Origin: Prorocentrum cordatum
Taxonomy: Eukaryota
Reading direction: 5' to 3'
Assembly (NCBI GenBank): GCA_963575745.1
Contig: CAUYUJ010000177.1
Location: 1-64,000, forward strand
DNA length: 64,000 bases
Made by a program: the position numbers and the translations under genes. Below, piece after piece: positions 39,085 through 49,850 of the stretch (position 1 is its first letter; the number at the start of each line of letters is the position of its first letter). Below the pieces are notes generated by a model that was not told the DNA's origin, ran no database searches, and worked only from the letters and a program-made list of their open reading frames with translations.

Positions 39085-39876
39085 AGACGTCCAAGGACGC
39101 CCCCAAGAGGCCCCAAGAAGCCTCCAACATGCGTCCCAAGAGGGCCCCTAGACGCAAACATTGGCCCATTCCCTTCGTAAAACGTACATTTTCAACAAAG
39201 TTGTCTTTTGGGCTTTCCGACGTTACAGGACGGCCCAAGAGGCGCCCAAGACCGCCCCAAGACGGCCCAAGAAGCTTCCCAGAGGGCCCCAGGACAGCCC
39301 AAGAGGGCCCCAAGACGGCCCAAGAGGCGCCCAAGATGGCCCAAGAGGGCCCCAAGACGGGCCCAAGAGGGGGCCCAGAGGGGGACCACGAACCGCAAGC
39401 TCGAGCCTTCCGCCCCAAGAGGCCGCCAGGAGGCCCCCAGGAGGCCCCTCAAGAGGCCCCAGGAGACCCCAGACGTCCAAGGACGCCCCCAAGACGCCCC
39501 AAGAAGCCTCCAACATGCGTCCCAAGAGGGCCCCTAGACGCAAAAATTGACCCATTCCCTTCGTAAAACGTACATTTTCAACAAAGTCGCCTTTTGGGCT
39601 TTCCGACGTTACAGGACGGCCCAAGAGGCGCCCAAGACCGCCCCAAGACGGCCCAAGAAGCTTCCAAGAGGGCCCCAGGACAGCCCAAGAGGGCCCCAAG
39701 ACGGCCCAAGAGGCGCCCAAGATGGCCCAAGAGGGCCCCAAGACGGGCCCAAGAGGGGGCCCAGAGGGGGACCACGAACCGCAAGCTCGAGCCTTCCGCC
39801 CCAAGAGGCCGCCAGGAGGCCCCCAGGAGGCCCCTCAAGAGGCCCCAGGAGACCCCAGACGTCCAAGGACGCCCCC
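39085..39876. repeat. 386-bp direct tandem duplication within CCAAGA-family DNA
   Basis: ORFs at 39161/39547 and 39208/39594 are near-identical at offset 386. Confidence 0.92.
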
Positions 39877-40042
39877 ACGACGCTTCGCGTCACCAATTTC
39901 TTCTCACAACGATTCCTGGATCTGTGACTCGACAGAACCTAAGCGCGCGCGAAGCGCGCGCGTGGTTCTAGTTCTATTTCTTGGCCCGCGCCGGCGCCGG
40001 CGGCGGCGGGCGGCGGTGGCGGGGAGCGTCGACGAGGACGAC

Positions 40043-40936
40043 GGTGGTGGTGGTTGTGGTTGTGGTGGTGGTGGCGGTGGTGGTGGTGTGGTGGTGGTGG
40101 TGTGGTGGTTTAGTGTGGTGGTGGTTGTGGCAGTGGGTGGTGGTGGTGGTGGGTGGTGGTGGTGGTGGTGGTGGTGGTGGTGGTGGTGGTGGTGGTGTGT
40201 GTGGTGGTTTGGTGGTGGTGTGGTGTTGATTTTGTGGTGGCGGTGGTGGTGGGTTGTTGTGGTGGTGGTGGTTTGGTGGTAGTGTGGTGGTGGTTTGTGG
40301 TGGTGGTGGTGGTCGGTTGTGGTTGTGGCGGTGGTTTGTGGAGGTGGTGCTTGTGGTGGTGGTGGTGGTGGCGGTGGTGATGGTGGTGGTGGTGTGGTGG
40401 TTTGTGGTGGTGGTGGGTTGTGCTGCTGGTAGTGGTGGTGGTTGTGGCGGTGGTGGTGGTGGTGGTGGTGTGGTAGACTGTGGTGGTGGTGGTAGTGGTG
40501 ATGATTTTGTGGTGGTGGTGAGTTGTGGTGGTGGTGGTGGTTGTGATGGTGTTGTGGTGGTTTGTGGGGGTGGTGGTGGTGGCGGGTTGTGGTGGTGGAG
40601 GTGATTTGTGGACGTTTGTTGTGGTGGTGGTGGTGGTGGCGGTGGTGGTGATGGTGTGGTGGTTTGTGGTGGTGGCGGTGGGTTGTGCTGCTGGTAGTGG
40701 TGGTGGTTGTGGCGGTGGTGGTGGTGGTGTGGTAATTAGGTTGTGGTGGTTAGTGGAGGTGGGTTTTTGTCGTGGTGGTTGGGGTGGTGGTGATGGTGAG
40801 TTGCGGTGGTGGTTCTGGTGGTGGTGGTGGCTGTGGTGGTGGTGGTGGTTGTGTGGTGCTGTTGGTGGTGGTGGTGGTGGGTTGAGGCGTTGGTGGTGGT
40901 GGTGGTAATGGTGGTGGTGGTGGTGGTAGTGGTGGT
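40043..40936. repeat. Degenerate (GGT)n microsatellite
   Basis: Direct reading of the sequence. Confidence 0.95.
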
Positions 40937-42696
40937 AATCGTCGCTGCGTCCCCGCCGTCGCCGGCGCCGGCGCCGGCGCTGCTGGCCGCCGCCAGCGCC
41001 GGCGCCGAGGGGGGGTTTGAACCCCCCCCATTCCTTGGGAGTGGGGGGGGATTTGAACCCCCCCCCTCCCCTGGGCTGCCTCTGGTCATCGTCGCTGCGT
41101 CCCCGCTGTGGGCGCTGCTGGCCGCCGCCAGCGCCGGCGCCGAGGGGGGGGGGGGTTGAACCCCCCCTTTTCCTGGGGAGTGGAGGGGGGGGTTTAAACA
41201 CCCCCCTCCCCAAGGCTACCTCTGGTCATCGTCGCTGCGTCCCCGCTGTGGGCGCTGCTGGCGGCCGCCAGCGCCGGCGCTGGCGCCAAGGGGGGCGGGG
41301 GGGGGGTTCGGGAGGGGGGGGGGTTGGCCAGGAGTCCCCGTGGTTTTGATCGATGGCGCCGAGTGTTGTGGGGGGCCCCCGGTTTGAAACGCGCCGCCGA
41401 ATGTTCCCAAGGCAAGCAACCGTGAAACGCGTTCTCTCCAATCTTTGGTACGGTACATCACCAGTGATATTGAATCGCTTCGCTCATTCCGCCGGCCCAT
41501 ACGGTCTCATGTCTGCCGTTTGCCCGAGGGCCTGGTGTCAATGCGGCGCTTTGGGGGTTCCTGGGGCCGCTTGGGGGACTCCTGGGGCGCTCGGGGGGGC
41601 ATTTGGGGGGCCTCCTGGGGCCGCTTGGGGGACTCTTGGGGGCCTCCTGAGGGCCTCGTGGGGGCCTCTTGGGGCCTCTTAGGGGCCTCTTGGGGCCTCG
41701 TAGGGGCTTCTTAGGGCCGAGGGCGCGAAATTTTGTTTCGTGTTCCCTCTCTGGGGCCCCTTTGGGGGTGTTCTTGGGGCCCTCTTGGACCGTCTTGGAG
41801 GCTTCTTGGGCCGTCTTCGAGCCCTCTTGGGCCATCTTGGGGCCCTCTTGGGGGCCTCTTGGGCCCTCTTGGGGCGATCTTGGGGGCCTCTGGGGCCGTC
41901 TTGGGGCGTCGGGAACCGAAAAGGTGGAAGCTCCAAAATCTCTCAAAAACCTAAGGAAAAACAATGAATTTTGCCTCCGGGGGCCCTCTTGGGAGTGCTC
42001 TTGGAGGCCTCTTGGGGCGTCTGGGGGCTATCTTGGGCGTCTTGGAGCGATCTTGTGGCATGTCGGACCCCTCGTGTACCATCTTGGGGGCCTCTTGGGG
42101 GCCTCTTGGCCTTTCTTGGGGCTCTCGGGGACGTCTCGGAGCCCTGTTGGTGCGCTCATGGAGCGCTCCTGGAGCGCTCTGGGGGACTCCTCCCGGGACT
42201 CTCTCAGGACCTTGCCGGGGTACTTTTCGTCCGGGGACCCCCAGGGGCCGCCCCGCGCGCGCGAACTAGAGAATTCTTAACCAGTTACCGGAGATCTTAG
42301 CACGCCTCTGGCCCGTTGGGCCGGCGAATTTTCAGCATTACCGCGCACATCGCGCGGCGCGTCCCCTGGCACGTCCACTGGTACGTTCCGTGGCGCGTCC
42401 CTTGGCACGCCACTGTGCGGCGCGGCGCGGTGCAGAGCAGCACAACACAGCCCCATGCCAAAATACGATCACAACGCGTACCTTCAGCACTGCCATTGCT
42501 CATCGCCCATCGCCCAGTGTAATTCGCGAGGGGTCCTGACGCTCGGGCACGTTCCCTGGCGAGTCCCCTGGGCACGTCGCGCTGCGCATCCCCTGGCACG
42601 TTCCCAATCACATCTGCTGACACGTTCCGTGGCGCGTGTCGCGTCCCGTGGCGCCTCCCCCTGGCGCATCGCGCGGCGTGGCACGTCCAATGTCGT

Positions 42697-43620
42697 GTGG
42701 TGATTTGCGTGTCGTCAGAGATTGACAAGGCGGCCAAGAGGTGTGTGCGGCAGCGATGGCCAGGGATGATCGAGCTGGGTGGCATCACCGAGTTCGCCCC
42801 AGGATCTTTCGAGCAGGTCGTCCACGCAGCGTCGGAGGTCGCGCCTATTGCTGCGGTCGGCGGTGGGTCGCCCTGCATCGACGCCAACAGCCTCAACGCG
42901 GCGGGCAAGGGCATCACGGGGTCCAAGAGCGCCCTGTTCTTCGAGTTGCCGAAGGCCTTCGAGACGGTCCGCAAAGTGTTTGGTAGTCGGAGGTGCACGT
43001 GCTTCGTCGAGAATGTGGCTGGCATGCCAGCGGGTGACATCGGCATGGCCTCGGAGGTCCTCCAGGTCAAGACGTGCCGCATCGATGCGGTGGACGTCGA
43101 GCTGGTGCGTCGGCCTCGCTTGTACTGGCTGTCGTTGAGGTTGCACGCTCGCACGGGGGCGGGATTGACATGTTGGAGGGCGACCGCTACTTCAAGGTGA
43201 AGCTCCACGTGGACCCAGGCCTGTGCCCCGTCTGGGCAGAGGGCGGCGGGAGCCTGTTCGACCAGTCCCAGGCGCCGCCCACCCTCGCCAAGCTGTATAA
43301 ACAAAGCCTCCTCCTTCGCCAGTCGCGGGGATAAAGACGGCTAGCCACCTTGCGATTGAGAGGTGGGAAGCTTCCAGTTTTCTAACGCAGGTGTGCAACT
43401 TTGGGGATGCGAGCCCGCTGTGGAACGCCTCCCGCGCGCAGTGGCGCATACCGTCCGCAGGTGAGCGTGAGACGCTGATGGGCTTCGACCGCGGCTGCAC
43501 ACGTGCTGCGGTCGAGGAGTCTGCACCGAGTTTGGAAACAGGGATCACCAGGTCATCTCTCACCGGTAACTCGTTATCCGTGCAGGTTGCGTCGTGCATC
43601 TTGGCGCAGCTGGTGGCTCA
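42697..43620 (+). pseudogene. C5 cytosine DNA methyltransferase (DNMT3-like motifs), frameshifted, motif I missing
   Basis: SSEID (II), GGGSPC (IV), SALFFE (V), FVENV (VI), RRPRLYW (VIII), ERETLMGF (IX), GNSLSV (X). Confidence 0.9.
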
Positions 43621-43739
43621 AGAAGGTCAGCGACCTGTACCCGACAGTGCACCTCGTCCCCGCACTGGCGTGGCCCCGGCTGCTTGGGCGCAGGGGCCGA
43701 TCTTAGGGGGGGTCGACGTCAGCGATCCCGACTTGGAGC

Positions 43740-44160
43740 GCCACTTGGTCTTCAAGTGCTTGGGGACCGCCAGCAGAGGAGGAGCTGACGTGAGGCTGGA
43801 CCTGCGGGCGCCGTTCTGGGCGCAGGCGTGGCCTTGCTCGGGGCTGCAGACCAGTCTATGGACGTGGTCCATCGGGCACGGCTTCCAGTGTAAAGAACCT
43901 GCGCGCATCAATGAGCTCGAGGTGGGCGCCGCCGTCAACGCCGTCAAATGGCGAGCGAGCGGCGTCGAAGTTCCGATGCCACTGCCTCAACTTGCTCGGC
44001 TCGCAGGTTGGCGTCAATGTCATGGCTAAGGGGCGGTTCCGCGCGAAGCGGCCCTGGGGCTAGATGCGCGGACGCGCCGCCTACCGGCTGGCATGCGGCG
44101 CGTGCCCAAACTGCACATACGTCGACACCGACATCAAACCAGTGGCTCGGCATCGCTCGG
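43740..44160 (+). pseudogene. DIRS-type RNase H-like domain remnant
   Basis: RGGADVRLD...RINELE...AVKWR, then in a shifted frame LLGSQV..MAKGR...*...YVDTDIKP. Confidence 0.75.
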
Positions 44161-44699
44161 ACGTGTGCATTTTTCCTTCGGCGGGGACCATCGAGGAGCA
44201 TCCTTGATCATTTGGCGAAAAAACCACGCACGAAACCGAAAAAACACAGAGGGAATGGACGTCCGAGCGATGTCGAGGTGGACGTGCCCCGTCGCTGGTT
44301 CGACGCTGGGTGCCGCGGACACCTCCGCCAGCGTCAGGGCAGCTCGATTGAGGCGAGCCGTCGACGCGCGTCGGCGGAGGCGAGGGTGAAGCGCGTGCGG
44401 GGCCAGCGACAACGGGGCGCCGGACACGGCGCAGGCCGTTGCAATGATGGCGTAGTCGAGGCTGGAGGCCAATCTCATCCCGTCAGATCGACGAGCGAGT
44501 CTCCGCTTACATCGAGCACATGTGGCATTCCAGCGGCTCGCTGCCCGAAGCAAATAACACGATGGCCGCAGTGGTTTACTTTCTGCCGCGTCCTTCAGGC
44601 AGGCTAAAGCCGAGCTGGGAGCTCCAGAAGACTTGATTTAAGCTTGAACCCGACGTGCGTGCTATGCCTCTCCCGCCGCCCCCAGCATACGCCCTCGCT

Positions 44700-45240
44700 G
44701 TAGCGCAGTGCTGGTGGGGCCTTCCCCGCGTCGCAGCACTGCTGGCCACCAGATCTGCGACGTCCCCCCGCTCGGGCGAGCTGCTCGGCATGCGGAGAAG
44801 GGGCGTCCATGTTTTTCCTCGGCGGAGCATCGCTGTGTTTGCGTAGAAAACACAAAAACCAAAGAGACGGGCGCTCTGATATGGTGGTCTTGAGATCGCA
44901 AGTGGCTGTCAGTTTGATCCGCGACCACGTGATAACTCTTGATGTGGATGAGCCCGTGCTGGGCGTCGAAAGGGCACAGTCATTCCGCTTGTTTCGTCGC
45001 ATCGTGACCGCGCTTGGATTAGAAAACAGACAGGTCACTTTGCATTCCTTCAGGCGCGGAGGAGCCACTCATGATTTTCTGGAGCATGGGAGTATGGAGC
45101 TGGTCGTGCTGCGAGGTCGATGGGCCTCCGCGCGCCCAGCCAAAACATATGTGCAGGGTGCTCTTGCCGCACTGGCTGAACTTGAACCGTCGGCCTTGCA
45201 GTTGGCCCACGCGCGCGCATTCGCCTCTCTTATCAAGTCC
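44700..45240 (+). pseudogene. Tyrosine recombinase remnant
   Basis: PRSGELL (R box) and TLHSFRRGGAT...LRGRWASARPAKTYV (H-x-x-R, W, catalytic Y). There is a frameshift near 44850. Confidence 0.9.
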
Positions 45241-45295
45241 CCCGCGCCACCAGCCCCACTTCTGTCAGACAATCCTCACCTCGACTCCGTCTGCT

Positions 45296-45500
45296 TAGGA
45301 GGTAGGGCCTGCCCTAGGTCTACCCTAGGGCCCTGGGCAGGGCCTAGCCCAGGCTACCCTAGGGCCTTGGGTAGGGCCTACCCTGGGCTACCCTAGAGCC
45401 TTGGGTAGGGCCTAGGGTAGACTACCCCCCCTTGGGTAGGGCCTAGGGCTTTGGGTAGGGCCTAGAGCCTTGGGTAGGGCCTAGGGTAGGCTACCCCCTT
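45296..45500. repeat. G-rich short tandem repeat (ccttgggtagggcctag variants)
   Basis: About 10 imperfect units immediately downstream of the recombinase. Confidence 0.85.
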
Positions 45501-47034
45501 CGGGTTCTATACCCCACGTGGAGCAAGCACGGGGGGGAACGCCGGTCGAGGACGAAGGGGCCCTCTGGAAGAGGCTCGGCCCCCGCAGGCCTGGTTTCCG
45601 CGCGGGGTGCCCTGCGGTGCTCGGCCCGCGGCCCTCCGGGGGCCTCGAAAAGGGCTGGCGAGGTCGGGCGGCTCCGGGCAGCCCGTGCTTTTCTCGGAGG
45701 GTTGGGCGAGGGCCGGCCTCTGCCTGTCGTGGCCTCGGAGGAGCGCGGGGTGGTGCCACCCTCTGTGGCTGCACTGTGGTTTCCCAAGTTTCGTGAACAG
45801 GGTCCTATGGCTGCGCCAGGAAGAACACGAGGTAAGGGGGAGTACACACACAAACACATTCACACACATCTGTACAGAATGTATATAGAACCTATATATG
45901 TTTCTATGTACATACGTGTACGTGTATATGTATGTATAGCAGCACTTATAGTTATGTGTATACGTATAATATTAAAAACATCACAGAGAATGCCTCGCCT
46001 TCGACGATCGAAGGTGTTATCATTCTTTCCTCAGTGGAAGGTCGGCAGAAGGTGGCGGAAGCAAAGCAAGGTTATCTTCGCCGGCAAAAGCCAGTGGAAG
46101 TAAAACATGCGCTTCCAAGAGATGACCGAGATTTGGGGGTTCAGGGTTTCGGGAACCCTCCATGTATACGCCCAGAGATGCGACGTCTTGATCTTTCAAC
46201 GCGAGGTCCCTGGAAGTCCCGGCCTGTTCCCTGGGACCGGCTTTTCCTCCTGAGCCGTTTCTGACAGTCCCGTGGCCTGGTGAGGGCCCCGAGGCCGAAA
46301 ATGACGAGCCACTTGCCGTCCTGCTCCGTCTTAGGGCGCGACAGCGCGCTTGGGCACGCAGTGTGGACGGTCGGCCCGCGCAGTGAGGACGAGCGACTTC
46401 CCCCGGGCTGCCCCTTGCATCCCTCCCCTCTGGCCCACCCTTGGCCGCTCTCGCTGGCCGCGCCCCGCTCCCAGACCCCCTCGAGTAATGAAAAAATCAT
46501 GACGGGAGGTTTTTCCTAATTTTCGGCCTCCGGCGGCCCTCGCCGGGACTCGGGAGCGTCAAAAAACGACTCAGGATGCAAAGCCGGTCATGGGGAAAGG
46601 GTCGGGACCTCTGGGGGTCGACGTAACGAAAAAATCATTACGTCGGGGGTCTGGGCTCGCAGAGTCCCGGCGTGGCCTTCCGAGGCCCTTGGGCGTCGCG
46701 CAATGGAGGGGTCATAAATAGGGGGGTGGCGAGGGTGGTCCGAAAGGTACCCAAGCGGTACCTGAACGACCCCCCTGGGGCTCCAGAGGGGCCCGAAAGG
46801 GGCACGAAAGGGGACCGTTTCTGACCCCCCCGTTTGTGACCCCCCCCATCAAGCCACGCCCAAGGCCCGTGCATCCTCACCGCGCATCCTTCCTCCACGG
46901 GCCGACTGCGCCCCGCGCGCGCGGGAGAGCGGCGGCCGGCGGCCAGGCGGCTCCGACGGCTGCCTGTGCCTCTGGGACGCCGAGGCCGCCGCCCGGCGGC
47001 CCCGCCGGCGCGGCCCTGGAGGGGAGCCCTGTGG

Positions 47035-47225
47035 TCGGGGGCGACCCAGAGGGGGGTGATGACCAGGGGGGGGACATCACGGCGTGGGCCAAGATATGCC
47101 CTCAGGTTTCATGGCGCCCCTTCTCGCTCCAGTGCGTTCCGTGGCCCCCCCCTGGTCCGCGCACATGCCTCGGGCCACGATTTGCACGCCCCCCTCTTGG
47201 ACGCCCCCCTCTTGGACGCCCCCGA
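47035..47225. mobile_element. MITE family A copy
   Basis: Ends are tcgggggcgacccagaggggggtg and cgcccccctcttggacgcccccga. The internal sequence is similar to 7236-7427. Confidence 0.7.
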
Positions 47226-47526
47226 TATCCGACATGGACGGAAGCCCCGGGAGGGGATGCCGAGACCGCCCCCCCGGACTGCGGTCGGACCGAGGCGTGA
47301 GGTCGAGATCTGTTCGGGAAGGGTACTCTACATGTTGTTCGTGCCTGTTGGAGGTGCTTGTGCATCCTGGGGGGAGGTTGCCTCGAGTATTCTCTCCAGT
47401 GTGGGCCGGCGGAGGGTCGCAGGTTTCGGAGGCATGTTCTCCGGTCCCGGGTCCGGCCGTGCTCGGGGGGGCCTGCGGAGGCCAGCTGGGACTACCTGGG
47501 GGGCCTGTTGAGGCCAGCTGAGCTGA

Positions 47527-49331
47527 AGGGGCCCCAGGACACACAAACAAATACACACAAATGAAATGACGCCTCATGTTTTCTCATATTTTCTGGGTTT
47601 TTGTCTTCCCCACCAATTCCCATATTTTCCCATATTTTTTGGGGAATGGAGGATCAATTGTGCCTGTGTGTTTTTTCCCTCCGGATGAGCGACGCAAAAC
47701 AACGGGCTCGTTTTCACCGACGTTCGCGCGCAAGCTGCCCGCGCAGGGTCGCGCGGCCAGCGCCTCCTTCTCCGACGAGGTGGGCCTCGCTGGAGGCCCG
47801 CGCGAGCCGCGGTGCAGGGTCGCCTCGTCGCCTCGGGTGGGGCCCCTCTCTCGTCGTCGCCCAGCTGGGGCTGCCAGGTGGGCGGTCTGTGCGCCACCCG
47901 CAGCCTCGCCGTGCGGAGTCGTGGCCCCGCCGCCTCACCCCCCATGCTCCTCTTGGCGGCCGCGTCGAGCCTGGGCCCCCTGCGGGGTGGCAGCCCGGAG
48001 CGGGGAACGCGCTTGCCGGAGCAGTGGTCCAAGATGTGGCTTCCCAGGCCGAGCGCCCTGGCCCGCCAGACGAATTCATGCTAATTAGTTCTCGCCCCTT
48101 CCCGGGGTCTGCCGTTTTCCTCCGGGCTCTTTCTCCTCCTCCTCCCCCCTCCTCGGTGTCCTCCTTTGCCGCTGGGCTTCGCTGGATGGTGAAAAAAGTG
48201 TGTTCCCAGACCGGGTGGGTGACCCTCACAGAGAGCGTGCACGTCCCAGTGGTTCCCCTTGGTGGCAATTTGGCTCGGATGCCACCTCCGCATATCTGCT
48301 GATACGAAACGCGTTGATTATGGTCGGAGTTGCGGTCCAAGCAAGTGCGCGTGTCTCAGCACATGTGCTCAGGCTGGCACCTACTCGACGCCTGTTGTGG
48401 TCAGAGCGGACCGGGTGCTTACTTGACACCGCCGGTGTCCTGAGCGAGACTGGCGCCTTTTGAACACCCGAGGCGCGGAGGTCCCGTGTGGCGCTAAGTT
48501 TCTAGAGCGAACCCAGCGCCCATTTGGCTTCGCCGGTGTCTGGGGCGAAAACCCGTGCCCACGTGGCACCAGGGCTCGGGGGTCCCAGTGGAGAGGAAGG
48601 GGGATGGAGGATGGGAGGACGAGGAGGTGGAGGAGGAGGAGGAGGAGGAGTAGGAGGAGGATTACCATGCTCGCTACAGGCAGGGCCTCAAGAAGTCCCA
48701 TCCCAACCAGAAAAGCTTCCTCGTAAGTTGGACCCCTGGGGCTCTCTCGAGCCATGGCCCAAAACCTGGTGTCGTTGACACGCGTTCTCCACATGGACCC
48801 GCTCGGCCACGGACAGCGGCGCTGTGCCCACGGACTAGCTGCACCACGGCAGCTGACATCGGGCTTTGGCCATCCCAGGAACTTCAAGAATACGGCTCGT
48901 CGTAGGACAACCACTGGCTTCTGGCAGCCACACGTCGCAAGCTGCTCCAGTCTCCAACACTTCGCCGGTGACCGCCTCATCGGCAAACGTGGGCTCAGTC
49001 CGCCGGCCTTGCCAGGCCGCCCGAGGGCTGCTTCTGCCCGACGCCGCACGCGTGGCGAAGCACGCTGACCTTCTTTCTCGTGGCCCCTGCGACGGTGGGC
49101 CACGCCGCGCGGCCCCGCCCTTGGGGCGCGATGTGCGGCTGTGATCGAGCTCGTGCGGGTGACCCCGTCTCTCAGGAGGGAAAGAAGCACACAGACACAA
49201 TCAATCTTCGATTTCCAGGGTAATATGGAAAAAATATGGGAAGTGGGGGGGAGACAAAAACCCAGAAAATATGGGAAAATATGGGGACTCCTTTTATTTG
49301 TGTGTATTTATTTGTGTGTCCCAGTTCCCCT
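47527..49331. mobile_element. Putative 1.8-kb element bounded by ~155-bp inverted repeats
   Basis: 47527-47682 is the reverse complement of 49175-49331. A solo arm lies at 26793-26947. Confidence 0.5.
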
Positions 49332-49544
49332 TTAGTCTCGGGAGGGACTCGCGCGAGCTCGCACGGGCGACGCAGCCTCCTGGAAGCAGCCGCGCGGGAG
49401 GGGGGGCGGAGACAAGCGCCCTGCGGTGCCCCGCCGAGGCTCCGTCCGCCGGCGCCGTCCCTGCGGAGAAGCCGCTCTGGAAGATCCAGCGGGCGCACGG
49501 CGGCCACCGCACTTCCGTTCTTCCCCCTCTCTGTATGTTTCTTT

Positions 49545-49850
49545 TTTTCTCTCTCCGTGTCTCTCTCTCTCTCTCTCTCTTGTTGTCTTTCTCTCTCTCT
49601 CTGTTTTCTCTCCCTCTCTCGTTCTCTCTCCCTCTTTCTTTTTCTCTCTCTCTCTCTCTCTCCCTTTCTCTTTCTCTAGATTCCCAATCTCTCGTTCTAT
49701 CGATATACATATATATACATGAAGGCATACATGTATACACACATCCATACATACACATACACGTATAACCGATGCATCCATATATACATATATACATTTA
49801 TACATGTATACAAGTGTATCAAGTGTATATCTAGGTGTGTATATATATGT
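49545..49850. repeat. (CT)n followed by (TA/CA)n
   Basis: Direct reading of the sequence. Confidence 0.9.

Larger units (their letters stand above)
42697..45240 (+). mobile_element. Decayed, 5'-truncated DIRS-like tyrosine-recombinase retrotransposon carrying a C5 DNA methyltransferase
   Basis: Colinear DNMT, DIRS-type RNase H-like and tyrosine recombinase remnants on one strand. Confidence 0.85.

Noticed and set aside
42697..43620. Bacterial restriction-modification system or host DNMT gene
   Set aside because: It is frameshifted, has no endonuclease partner, and is fused to DIRS domains.
45296..45500. Telomeric repeat
   Set aside because: The units are irregular and do not match TTTAGGG or TTAGGG.
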